Assembly: GCA_964187785.1 (NCBI GenBank)
Contig: OZ076415.1
Coordinates: forward strand, 54,126,001 to 54,190,000
Source of the DNA: Amphiscolops sp. MND2022
Taxonomy: Eukaryota
Direction of reading: 5' to 3'
DNA: 64,000 nucleotides
Under the pieces are notes generated by a model. The model was not told the DNA's origin and searched no databases. It saw nothing but the letters and a program-made list of their open reading frames with translations. The position numbers and the translations under genes were made by a program. Shown here piece after piece: positions 12,136-24,800 of the stretch (the stretch's first letter is position 1; each line of letters starts with the position of its first letter).

Positions 12136-12774
12136 TAATGTATCCCAATTCAGGAAACTCGTTCGCAAGTTTTCATTTTTACCAAATAGATTCAACATTC
12201 AATAACTAAAAAACTATAGGAAGTATTTTTCTGGAACAAAATATCAATCGAAAATCAAGATGTTACTTTTGACTCAGCTGTTTCTTCCACAAGCCGTGAC
12301 CTTTTTGGCTGTGTAAAAAGGGAGGGAGGTTGTGTCTTCCCAGTGTTCGAAACCATGGTATCCTTGCCAAGATCCATTGGCAAATTACTTGGTAGCCTTG
12401 CCAAGATCTGCCAAGATCAGCCATGATCTTGCCATGATCTTGGCAAGGATGCCATGGCCATGCAAGATCGTGCAAAGGCAAACCATGATCTTGGCAAGGA
12501 TGCCATGATTAACCATGTTCTTGCCAAGGGTTCCATGGTTTCGAAGGGTTCCAACGTTTTTCCCGGTTTGCGTTTCGATGATTTTCCTTAGTCACTATTC
12601 CTGACGCTCGCCGCTTAAGACGTTATTCCCGTTTTGCATTTAGATATTATTCCTTAGTTGTTAATTCCCGGTCCCCATGGTATTCTCGGCTTCCACACAT
12701 TCATAGACAGGCCTTCCAACTAGGGACACGGTCAATAACTAAAAATGGTTTATTCGAATTTTTGACTTGATATC

Positions 12775-15700
12775 TGTGTTGATTCTCATGATTTTTAAAC
12801 AAAATTTCGATCAACGGACCTACCTAAAGAAGATGTGGACGAATCACGACACTCGACCAATCAGAGAAGGCCAGCAAATGATAAGAAATTCGTAACCAGG
12901 CGACCGAGACACATAAGTGAACACAGAGACAATAAAACCTCTAAAATTAGGCTAATCGCTCGCCAACCAAAATCATCACATGGTGACAGGAGTCTTTATC
13001 TCTCCAACTCCAGAATAACCCATTCACCGGTGAATTGGAAATATTGCACACTTCAACTCGACCTCTCTATCTCTAAATATAAATGACAAAACTGAATCAC
13101 ACAAAATATCTGCTCAACTGTCAGATTAAATAAAATCCTGCAATATTTCAATTTTTACTCTCAAAACACGTACACTTGAACCTCATAAACTCTCGATGTC
13201 CTTTCAAATGGCAGCAATACAACCATTTGTTATCCTACAGTCTTTTAAAGGCACAGAAACTGAAAACATCGAAGAATTCTTCAGACAGTTGACTAGCTGT
13301 ATCCAAGCGCCAGCAATTCCAGACGCAAATCCACATACCTACCTACATACACCTTTGAAAGGTGGCGAACTAGCTTTTTTCGATCAACTTCTTCAAACTA
13401 GAGTTCCAAGCACGAAATCGACAATACTCTGAATAAAGTGTACAAGACTTTCCAACAGAATTTCAGAGACTGGCACTTGAAGCATACCCTGACATACAAG
13501 CCGTTGCTACCGCTGGTGGACGTCCTGCAAAATTAGCAGAAAACCGCCGTGCGAATGAAAGAACACGATGAGTAAAACAAAATTTCATCAAACGCATGCC
13601 AAAAAAGATAAGACGCTTTCTGCTAACTCAACCAGACGACTCAGCGGTAGACGAATTTTGCGCGAAAGCAGCAAGCCGTATGATCGTAGACAGGCTTTAC
13701 CAGGAAGAAGACGACTGCGCCTTTAACGAACTCAGAGGCACATCCTCCAAGGACTTCGCAGGCATAGAAGAATTAGCGAAAGCCCAAACAAAATTCGAGG
13801 CAGACACTGAGCAAATCCCAGGTGAACTTAAAGAATTGAGCAAGAACCTCACGTCAGCCTCCTTGAACGAAATGGAAAACAGACAACCATAACAACACGG
13901 GCCAAAACACGTCCAACAACACAGGAAACAATCCAGGGAACTATAGAAGTAACTACAGAGGAAATAACCGTGGAAAGTACCGTGGTAATTCTGGTAATTC
14001 TCAAGGGAATTACAGAGGCAATAACCCTCGATACCAAAACCCCATACAAAAAAATGGACAAAAATGGCGTGTGGGACAAAGCCTTTGGAACAATCAATAT
14101 CAGCCATTTCTTTGGTCCAATCTGGTCGTGTACATTGTAATATTTGCAACAAATTCTGGGTTCGAGAACAATATCGTGGACCACCTGCGTTGCCCTACTA
14201 ACAGGTGAATGCACAGACGTATGCACCCCTGCCAGAGGTCAACAATCTGTACACGCTACCACCTCTGCCGCCACAACAACGTTGGCCTTCAACTAATGAC
14301 GCCAACTACTACTATACGGCAGACAATTTCACGAGTCAACAAAAAACTAGGTGAGGGATACCGAACCCCTTCTATTTCTCTTTTTTCTTCTACTTATAAA
14401 TACTCTCTATTAGTAAAGCCTCGCACTTCACTTTTTTCCATTTTAATTAACTTTTCATTGTCCGTTAAAACCCTCATAGCACTGGTGCTGTTTCTAGTGC
14501 TATGCCCCTTCAATTTCTAAAAAAACTCAAAACGACTTGTCCTCATCCCACGTCTACTATAACCTTACTAGTACTACCGTAAGAGTCGCTAGTGGTACTG
14601 CAATTTCCACTTGTGGAGATTTTACAGCTACCTTTGAAACGGCGAACTAATCTTTTCCTGAACCTTACAGTACACGAATTCGTTTGAAACCAGCTCTATC
14701 TGCCGATGAGTGCGATTACAAAGACATCGAAAATGACCCTAAACTCTTTAAAAAACTCACCTCTTGTCGCGTTCAGTTATCGCTCAAAACTTGGGCTCCT
14801 AGGCCCCGAAAAATCCTTACACTGAGCCACATTAAACCACACCCACCGTCACCCACGCTTAAGGTTTTCTCGGTTAAAGCTTTTTTCACCCCTTTTGGGA
14901 CACCATTTTTTACATGCATAACTTTTACTTTTTTTATCTGGTGCTTTGTTCTCTCTTGAGATCTTTGTTCGCTTGTGAACTTCATGTAAATACCTCCACT
15001 GACTCAACTTGAGACCTCTGGTACGCCCATCTTTGTTGACTTCCTGTCATGATAAGTTCTACTTTTCAACACCGTCGCTCTAAGCATATTTACCCCGTTT
15101 TAACATTTCTTTCTCTTGCCCCTTCTAATGCTGTGTCAATCTTTGATTTCCATCAGGCAAAACCCACTTTTGTTGCTTCATAATTCAGCCTCCATGAGCC
15201 CCCTTGTCTGCACACTCGTGTCAACTTCCTCCTTCCTCTTGCCAAAATTTCTTGTTTATACTGCTTGTTCATGGTACACTCCTTTTTTACTCATACATAA
15301 CCATATTTACCGCCGTTTTTTCATGGCACACCTCCTTCTCTTCTCTTTGCCCCCTTTTCGCTCCCTCTTTCTCTTCAATTCATGCTCCACATTTACGCAC
15401 ACCTTTGTTTTATTTTATCTCCTCCTTCATCTTTCTTTTCTCCGGGTTCTTGTGTGCGTTCTTCCTTTTGTTTTGTATGCATGCTTACTCGCCACTTCTG
15501 CTTCTGTGTTGATTTGCAGACTGGTCCGGCTCTGCTTTCTTCCATCTAGACCTGGATTCGCCCTTCTTCTGCGGGTAGAGTCATAATTCTCATGATTCTA
15601 TAAAAAATTTCGATTTCGGTCAACGGACCTACCAAAAGAACATGTGAACGAATCACAACACTCGACCAATCAGAGAAGGCCAGCAATTGATAAGAATTTC

Positions 15701-15968
15701 ATAACCAAAAGAACGATACACAGAAGTGAACAGAGAGACAATAAAACCAGTTGTTGAGTACTTGTGCTCTTAAATTACTCTAATAACGCTATTCTCAATA
15801 CTTCATCTTAACCTCTTGCAAACACTTGAGGTTTAAATCCACTTATAATATATCTTTGCTCTCTTTCTTTTCAATTTGAAGTAACACAGTTGAGACCTAA
15901 GAACGCATCTTAGAAATTGAACCAAGATCTAAAATGAAGCTAACCGCTGGCCAACCAAGATAATCACA
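12775..15968 (+). mobile_element. Non-autonomous gag-only LTR retroelement, TSD ATATC
   Basis: TG...CA ends. 5' LTR 12775-12980 followed by PBS-like TGGTGACAGGAG; 3' LTR ~15581-15968. ATATC at 12770-12774 and 15969-15973. Gag-like remnants (FKGTETENIEEFFRQL...LKGGELAFFDQL); no RT recognised. Confidence 0.85.
15752..15886. mobile_element. 135-bp solo LTR inserted in the 3' LTR, TSD CAGT
   Basis: cagt|TGTTGAG...GTAACA|cagt; homology to the 5' LTR of the host element resumes after it. Confidence 0.75.
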
Positions 15969-16412
15969 ATATCCTTGGTAAGAATCATGACAAACCATGG
16001 TTATCTTGTCAAGAACTTGCCAGGATCTTGCCATGATCTTGCCATGATCTTGACAAGCGTTCCATGTATCATGATTTGCTATGATTTTGACAAGGGTACC
16101 ATGGTTAACCATGATTAAGCAAGATTAACCATGATCATGGCAGGCGTTCTTGGCTTCGAACACTGGGTTGTAGTAGAGCCAGCGATAAAAGGTATTTTGC
16201 ATTCGAAATATGGTCTCTTACATCAAAATATGAGAATAACGGTAAAATCAAATTGCCCTCATTTTCCGAAGCATTCAGGTTGAATATTTTTGTTCGGTGT
16301 GTCGTCATTTTTCCTCAAGGATTCAATCAATATATTTGGCCAATTTTCCTCATAATTTGCCTAAACACTTTCGTGCATAAACCTCACGGCGCCTGCTTCG
16401 ATTGGGCTACAG

Positions 16413-16626
16413 TGGTGGCTGTTTCAAAAGTGCCAATAGAGCTGTTCCTCATTGTGGAACATTCTTCTCCCATTCGGCCTACCTGTACTTTGACCCCGAC
16501 CTGCACATGGGCAAGTACACTTCCTCTATAGGGGCCAGCGTCACCATCAATGGTGCCATCCAGGTCATCAGAGTGAACCCCAACGAACTGGTAGAAGTAG
16601 CTACAGAGTCCGTCAAAATATCTCAG
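16413..16626 (+). CDS. DEG/ENaC exon 3 (5' boundary uncertain)
   Basis: GGCFKSAN...YLYFDPDLHMGKYTSSIGASVTING...VNPNELVEVATESVKISQ matches the GxCYTFN / G-V-IH / V-PG pattern of the palm domain. Confidence 0.7.
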
Positions 16627-17064
16627 GCAGGGTTGTTACTGCAAACATGTCACCATTGCTCACCATTGCCGAGTTTTACGGGAAAATATTCAAGAAAATT
16701 CATTGTTTCCACTTTTTCGGCAACAAATTCGAACTGGGTATGTTTGCATCCATTTCAGTTTCATTCATACCAGATCCGTTCAGTTGATATTCCATTCGCA
16801 CCCTATTGGTTTTACCTTCTAGTCGGATCTATTATGAGGCCAAGTGATAGTAGAAATAACAGCTGCGTTTTTACCGTTTCTGGACATGAAATAAGAACCT
16901 CGGACTGAACCTGAACCCATCGAAAGAAATTTGAATCATTGCCCTTGCTTATTTCAGAGTAAATTTTCGAGAAATGGTATGGCATCAGAAAAAAGTTCAC
17001 TTTTTTCAAGATAATTTCAGAATCACTTCAAATTTCCTATTTTTAAATAACCACCCTTGTCCAG

Positions 17065-17324
17065 GAAGAGTCCCTACCTAAGCTGAGATGCACCAACAAA
17101 AAGGGTCCCCAGCCACACCATTTCACGGGCAAAACTTTCGAGATTCCTTACAGCCCCCAGAGTTGCACGGAGTTGTGCGTGGCCGAGTTCAGCTACACAA
17201 GATGCAACTGCTCTTCTGTGATTGGCTGGAACATCACCAACTCTGAGTGTCTAGAATTGGAAAGAAATCGCCAATGTCTGCATAACCTGTTCAATCGGAG
17301 ATTCGTTGAACCCGACAGCAAAGA
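17065..17324 (+). CDS. DEG/ENaC exon 4 (Cys-rich thumb domain)
   Basis: Acceptor ttgtccag|; encodes YSPQSCTELCVAEFSYTRCNC...C...C; donor GTATGT in phase 2. Confidence 0.85.
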
Positions 17325-17826
17325 GTATGTACAAGTTTTAGTTCACAGTTCGTATAGAAGGTTCTTATTCAAAAAAATGAACTAATATCTGAAAAAGATG
17401 GACGCGGTGTACCTGGTAAGACATCGTTAGAATGTTTTTGTATCTCATGCTTTCAGCAATGCGCTCCGCCAACAGCGGTATCATGACCTGATGTGCTTTT
17501 AATCTGAAGTGAAAAATTCAACGGCTTTCTTATGCAATGTACTAGGAAATATAGTCTTTTTTCAAAGGAAAATGCTTATGCAAAGGAAAATGTTCAACTT
17601 CGTTTGTGAAGTTAAAATGGAACGTTTGAAAATGGCTGATGTTTTCATATCACCTTGAGATTTTGATACGCATGGTCCTTTTTGAAGCAAAAAAGAGAAA
17701 ATGAAAAAAAGAACAAAACGGCTATTGACAACGCTGAAACATTTCAAAATGGGAAATTTATGAGTCGCTTTTTAAGTTACATCATTGTCAAAGTGTTGTT
17801 ACTACAGTGCCATCTGTTGATTTCAG

Positions 17827-18055
17827 TGACCCAACTGCTTTCCAAGATTTCATCAAGCTGAGAGACTGTGGCACTCATTGTTTCGATAAGTGCGAGAACC
17901 ACTACTTTGCGTACACTGTGAGCAAAGCCTTTAACTACCCGACTCCCTTCTATCTCATCCAAGAGCTGAACAACATGCGGTCTAGTGGCATTAAGTCACC
18001 ACTTCTCACCCAACTGCTAGCCAAGATAGAACAGAGTGACAATAAGCGTTATCAG
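17827..18055 (+). CDS. DEG/ENaC exon 5
   Basis: Acceptor tttcag|T in phase 2, compatible with exon 4; encodes DCGTHCFDKCENHYFAYTVS...YP. Confidence 0.8.
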
Positions 18056-19059
18056 GCACGCAATTCCGTGAATTTTGAACAGTTCACTTCAAGCTTAAAT
18101 GTCAAAATATTTCTAGAGACATTCTTCGAGTTTTTGTAGTTCTTGTTCATCTGTCATTCAATTGCCATGACAAAGCGGAACAAGTCCCGTGTATGGCTGA
18201 AAAAGCACAAAGTTGTTTTCAAAAAGGCTGGAAATTTCTGTCGAAAAAGGCAGTTTCGAAAAAAACCTGAACGGGGGAATTTTCAGGCTAATAAAAGTTT
18301 CTTTAACTGAAAACAACATGAAAAGTTCAAAAAATAATTGCACAAGGAGCTTTTGGTTCCGTTTGCCTTGCAACCAGTATTTATGCATACTATGCATAAA
18401 TACTGGTTGCAAGGCAAACGGTACCAAAAGCTCCTTGTGCAATTATTTTATGAACTTTTCATGTTGTTTTCAGTTAAAGAAACTTTTATTATTCTTTCTT
18501 AAAAGAAACTTTTATTATAATAGTATTAGATGCGCTATAGACTTGCTCAAGGAATGTAAGTCGGATATAAAATTGAACCATTCGCAAATAAATGAACCAT
18601 TCATTGGGAGTCGGGAGAAAAATCTGAACACTGTAATATTTGTGTCAAAAATTCCCGAAAAAAAACCCTTATGCACAACCTACGGTAGAACAGGCCCAAC
18701 ATCTTGCCTTGGGGATTTGTCGTTGATGAAATTCGAAGAGACAACATCTATTAGTACAAAAAACACCGTGTGCAAAAATTATTTGAACAAAAACTATCAT
18801 AAAAACGTAGTTTAATTCACTAAAAAGGTTTGCAACTTAGAGAGTCATATTTATGTATGACAAAACTTTCTAGTAGCGTCCTGGACATTTACGCAATTGT
18901 CGGCTAAGATTAAAGAGGGGGGTGTGTTCTTCAGAAGGTGCAGCTTTGGGGCCCTGTGCTTCATGAGGGTATAGTGGAGGGCCTTTCGTTCACAAGATCC
19001 AAAATTTACAGTAAGTATTTGAAGTGTGAAATAAATGTTCCATGCCTGAGCGTGATCAG

Positions 19060-19350
19060 CTGGATACGGCGCGTGAAATTGTGAAGAGGGTGTCCAAGAT
19101 AGTGGTGTACTCGTCGCAATGCAGTTCGCAGATGGTGACAAGGAGTGAGAAAATGATCTCTATTCCCACTCTTCTAAGTAATTTGGGTGGTACTATGGGC
19201 ATGTGGCTCGGTCTCAGTGTACTCTCATTGGTGGGATTGCTCGAAAAGGTGTCTAACTGGGTGTGGGATCGCTATCACACAAAACAAGAACAAAAGCAAA
19301 AATTGTTTCATGACAATGGAAACAAAAACAGTGTAGATCCTAATCTATAA
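19060..19350 (+). CDS. DEG/ENaC terminal exon (TM2 and GxS filter); acceptor position tentative
   Basis: LLSNLGGTMGMWLGLSVLSLVGLLE is the canonical TM2 pattern with selectivity filter GLS; stop at 19348-19350. Confidence 0.9.
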   Translation: MDTAREIVKRVSKIVVYSSQCSSQMVTRSEKMISIPTLLSNLGGTMGMWLGLSVLSLVGLLEKVSNWVWDRYHTKQEQKQKLFHDNGNKNSVDPNL

Positions 19351-20024
19351 GCTTGGAGAATATTCTGATGAAAAGTTGCATCATTACGAGCAGTATTGAA
19401 TTAAAAACAGTGTTGTATCTAATTCACTAATCAACCCATAAAAGTGTATATGTGCCCTTTTTCATTTTATTTAAACGTATATTCTAGGGCATGGCATGAG
19501 ATTTCCCATTGTTGCATTTTGGCTGAAAAAGCCAATAACTAGCATCAAATTCTCGTCATATCTTCTGGCCATGGATCCCTTTGCAAAATGATTACTAAAA
19601 CAATCCAATCTTCCAACAATAAACCTTGTCAAGACGAACAAGATTCTAAGAATTTACAATTTCGCTAACGATATCTTGAAAACAGGTCCCATTTAGTTTA
19701 ATTTTTTTTCCGTGCATTCATCCTAATTTGGAAGAAATTAAAATCTTGCACAGACGTGTTATCCGTCGGTGTGAGAGTGTTTCGACAGCCAAAATTTTGC
19801 CTTCGAATAAATCAAATAAATTCTAAAGAATTTAAGGGGCACCAACATTTAATTTTAAATTACTGTTGTACTACAGTGATTTGGGAGATTTCAGAAGTGA
19901 CGCCTGTGATTTTAGATCTTAGTTCATGTTCAAGACACAGTATTTTGGATCTTATGCCGTAATTTAGGAAACAAAAAATCTTACTTATAGCCGGGGAACT
20001 GTTTTTTCTCCAGTTGTATCGAGG

Positions 20025-20588
20025 TGTCATGAGTGTTCTCCCCGTCCTCGTCACAAAATCGTTTTCAGGGGAGTTCACTTCTAGAGCTACTCCTAACTTT
20101 CTGACTATAAGTTTCTTCGGATCTTCGTTTCGGTCTCCCTTCTGAGTCGTTCGTCCTGAACCGGTTGTTAATGAAGCCTGAATCTGTGGTAAAACCTGTT
20201 CATTGATGGCTTCACTTATAGCTCTTTGGATCTGAACGCTTACATTTTTCAAAAGTCCATTCATTTCTTGTGTGATCCTCTGGTTCAACTCTACCGATAA
20301 CCTCTTAAATTCACCACTAGATTCGGTTCCTCCTGAGTTATGGCCATGACTAGCAAAACCCCTGATCTCGTTTTCTCTAGAGTTGGAATGCGAATTTGAT
20401 TCATTATTGACCAAGGCATTGTAACTAGGACTTTCAGGGTTCTGACTGAATTACTAAGTTCACTTTCTTCCCTTTCGAAGTGATTGGAAACTAACATTAT
20501 GACCATGTTTTTAATGTATGATAACTTATCAGCCTCTCTTGATTTTTTGACTTTGCTTTTCTGTTTTCTGTTTTCATGTGGTAGGCAT
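20025..20588 (-). pseudogene. Gag N-terminal fragment of a Gypsy family related to the element at 21834
   Basis: MPTT(*)KQK...ADKLS..NMVIMLVSNHFERE and LSVELNQRITQEMNGLL...ISEAINEQVLPQIQASL parallel MPSTRKRRAK...DVILGS and ...INSEINEKILPGIQ at 21834. Confidence 0.7.
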
Positions 20589-21833
20589 TGAGTTATTTTT
20601 TCGGAAACTGAGTGTTTATAAACGTCTTGAACACTAACAAGTTCGGAAAATTTGCGTCCGACGTAAAGGGCTGGTGGTGTATATACCCCTCAAGGCATGA
20701 CACTCGCATTTTTTACATATCAATTATTTAATAATTTCACCAACTAAGGAAAATCACATGAATCCTGTTTAATACAATCCTGAAAAGTCACCAGACCGTC
20801 AACGGTTACGAACATCAGAGCAACGGAGAATTCTAAAAATTGCCACATTGCATTTGGAATGCAACTTCAAACAAAACAACGTGTGACTATTGACCAAAAC
20901 AACCTCTGCAGATGTCATCAAATAGTAAAAGGTATTACAAATTTTCATCATCAGTTTCAGCCACGCGCTGACGCGCGAGACATAATAGGCTACAAGAACA
21001 GAGTGAACTCCCAATTACATGTGTGGGGATTAATTATTGTTGTAGCCTAAAACGGCCAGTAGGCACAACAATGCATTTCAAATAAAAGGTCCCGGGACTG
21101 GTACTTACAACTTCACACAATTCAAGTAATCACTCTAAATTGATCCCTCCAAACATTAATACTAATTGTTTTTAGCCATAACAATAACAATTAACGCTTT
21201 TAACAAATAAAATAAGAGCATCATAAGCAAATTATTGACATCAAGTCATTACTTGGCCGGAACCGGGTAATTCCCTAATTCCAACCAAGCAACATTAAGG
21301 TACAGTCAAATGGTACAGTCATCCATTCTTATGCTAGTCTGCTAAGTTATATGTAGTCTTTCGGACCATCAGTCCGCAACACGTATTTAGTGTTTCCTAT
21401 AGCTGACGAGTATGTGAACAAAAGTAGTTGAAAGTACTGTTAATGAAATTGTAGACTTAAAGGACGTGACACCTTTACGCTCCCTATTTATTTTCACCTG
21501 TCAGTTCCATAAACGATAAATTTTTTTTAGCATGAAATCATCATTACGTAATAGTGACGAAAGGCCCAAGGGGTTTTTTGACCATATTTGTTGCTATTTT
21601 TAGAAACATGACGGTAGCTTTTGTGCGTGTCATGCTCTTCTTACAATAAATGGGCAGGACGTGATGTCCAGAGGACACAATTGCTCAATTGACAACACAA
21701 ATCAATACGATCAACATACCATTGCTATTATTCACTGATACTCATTTATACATTTTGACCTTTGTTGATTGTTTCCGCAAGTTGATAAAATGGAAAACTC
21801 AACAAAAAAGTATTGACCTAGCAATCATTTTCA

Positions 21834-24800
21834 ATGCCTTCGACTAGAAAGCGAAGAGCAAAGGAAAGACAAGCAGACATGATGTCAGATGTAGACAAAC
21901 TGGACGTAATTCTAGGTTCTTACTCAAGAAATGTACAAGAAAGCAATTCAGAAGACAGAAACATAGAAGTACACCTTGGGTCGGATAGACCCAGAGAGGA
22001 CGTAAATTATAACGTTGAAGATTTCAGGTCACTTCTAAATTCGAACAGAAGAGTAAACAGTGAAATAACTTTGGAAACTGTTAGACTAGTGATTACGGAG
22101 ATATCTAAGAGACTTGACGAGTTAAAAAGAGACCTAAATACTCAAATCATGGATGCGATAAACTCAGAAATTAATGAGAAAATACTTCCAGGCATTCAGA
22201 ACACTTCGGAGAGTCAGTGATCAGCAGTTCGGGAAGATATGGAACACAGGTCCAGTAGATTCAGGAGGACCATCGAACTTGAAAATTTTAAACGAGCATG
22301 GGCAAGCCATTCTAGAATAAGTTTTAATTCCGACTCACGACCGTAGGGACAGTTCAATCGACTCAAAACGGAGTGAGAATGACCACGACATAGTAACAGG
22401 AGCCAACCCTCGTACGGTACCTGAAGTTCTTACTGGACGCCCAATGCAATTCCGAGAAAATCTGCTCAGTCAAGGTTTTCCAAAGAGAGACCTCATTCAT
22501 GAAACTTCCCCATCGGTTCAGGAGAACGCAAACAACTCTACCCCTGCAGACCCCATTAACAGGCGTGCTGAAGTCATAGTCGGCATGAAGAACCGTCCCT
22601 CATTACAAACTTTCGTGGTACGCCCGGTCAGCACGAATACACTGACGTTTGACGGCAAATCAGAGAATTTGAACTTTTCGAAGACCTTTTCCATACAATG
22701 ATTAAGATGCAGCTCTATATGACTAAGGCAATGAAAGCATACCATTTCCACTCGGTCCTACGCAAAAATGCCGTACAAACCTAAACTTTTCCTAATATTA
22801 TTTCTGCAAACAGGCAAACTTTGGAGACATTTTGGCGGTATTTCGCAGGAAATACGTCAAACCAGAGTCCCAGTCAATCGCTAAACACAAATGACATAAA
22901 TTGGTGTTTCACCCAAACACCATGAAACTGTCAGAGTTCCTTGAGAAAATCAAGCAAGGAGCCGAAACAACGTTTGACGAGAACGCCCGGACAAAAATAG
23001 ATAGCTTCCTCTACGCCAAATTGCCACCAAAACTGAAACGTTCAATTAATATGGCCTGCCCAGAAAATGCCACAGATGAAGAAATTTTCACGCACATAGG
23101 TGACGACAGTACCGTACCCACAATGTCTACAGCCCCAACAGCAACACGTCCGGAACAAGGCCTCCTTTCATCAGGAGTAGACCCGGGAATCACTAGCAAA
23201 TTTTGCAAAAAACCAAGTCATACAAACGAGCTGTGCAAAAAACTCAAAAGAAAGGAGGAGGATACGTAATGATGGTCAAACCATCAAAAAAGAATACCCG
23301 CATTGCCCCCACTTGTGGCAAAACCAACCACCCGGTTGAACGGTGCTGGAAAGGTGCAGGTGCACAACTCACGCCCAAGAATCTTAAGCTGGACGAATCA
23401 ATCATGGACAATGCGCCTACAAGCCAAAGTGAAACTATCAATAAATCCAATGCTTCAATTCTGAAAAATCTAAAAAACTAGTATTGTCACGACTCCAAAT
23501 GAATGAAAAAATGCGCGTCGGACAGTATATAATCTCTGACCTAACGTCTTTATATTATACTGAACACTATTTACCTAATGAAGGAATTTCAATCGAGTGA
23601 CTGGCAGCAGCAGATGACGACTACACCTAATACTCTACCTAGTTTGGACCACAGTCCACTCAAGTAACATCGGCCACGCCAAATACTCGTCCCCTTCCCG
23701 TCATAGACAACTTTAACCCCTATTTACATGACCCACCTTATTGTTTCGACCCTTACTCGGACATTCACATCTATAACCAACATCATCTATGCTTTTAAAC
23801 CAATTTTTACAAATCACTGCATGAGCTTGTTGATGATCCTGAAAATGATCAGATTTTGAACACTGGTCTGATTAACGCCCTAGTCGACCCATGGCAAGCT
23901 CGCAATGTCACCAATGACCAACAGGTTCATAATGCGCGAACACACGAAATTGACAACACTGGCTTTCAAGTCTCTTTGACCAGCGCAGTCGAAGCACAAT
24001 TTGTCAATACCCTAGTTGCACGGAATAGCGCACCTGACGATGTGCCGCTGACAACCTTGGACTCAAATACAAGAGAGGAATGCTCGATTTACCTGTAGAA
24101 TTTGGAGAACAAACATTAGATGGCCTTGTAGACACGTGAGCTTTATCTAGAGCAATCCCAGACGCTGATCGGCGTAAAATCCGTGTACTAGCCCTCAACC
24201 AATTGTAAAAGAGGGCCAAGCACCCTACTTTCAAAAAATGGTCCCAAAATGGGCAGCTGGAAACTCCTAAGAGCACTGTCGAATTAAAATTTGAGGTCGG
24301 TGACAGAGAGTTTCATGAGATATTTATGGTCATGGAAAATCTCAACAGCCCCCTAATAGGCCTTTTATTCCTTCAACTGAATAATACCAGTTTGGACATG
24401 CGCCAAAGGATCCTCAACTTTTTTTTCTCCCTGCAACTGAAAACTGCGGACCACAAGTTTACAAATGTCATGGAACTTATCTACATCAGTGAGGACAGAA
24501 CAATTTCTCCCAATGACAGACAGTTAGTCCCCATGACTTCCCAAATGTACAGTGAGAGAACAGTCACTGGGATTCTTCAACCGAGCAATGACGCTCGATG
24601 ACGGCAATGTTACATTTTGCGCTGCTCTAGTCACTTTGACCCAAGGTCAAAGCACGATTCATGTGAATAACTTCAACGACCACCCTCACACCATCAAACG
24701 AGGTTGACACGTGCCTCCATCTCTGGCCTGACCCCAGAGCAGATGAAGTACGTCAAACCTATCGATCCGGTGACCACATGGCACCTGCTTCAAGTTTATC

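Larger units (their letters stand above)
12339..16167. mobile_element. CCCAG-family MITE (~630 bp of own sequence) interrupted by an LTR element
   Basis: Left cccagtgttcgaaacca and right tggcttcgaacactggg match at 16/17 as inverted repeats. The right arm is the reverse complement homolog of 4692-4830. Confidence 0.75.

Noticed and set aside
15116-15586. 156-aa and 102-aa hydrophobic ORFs as membrane proteins
   Set aside because: They arise from pyrimidine-rich low-complexity sequence inside the LTR element, with no motif support.
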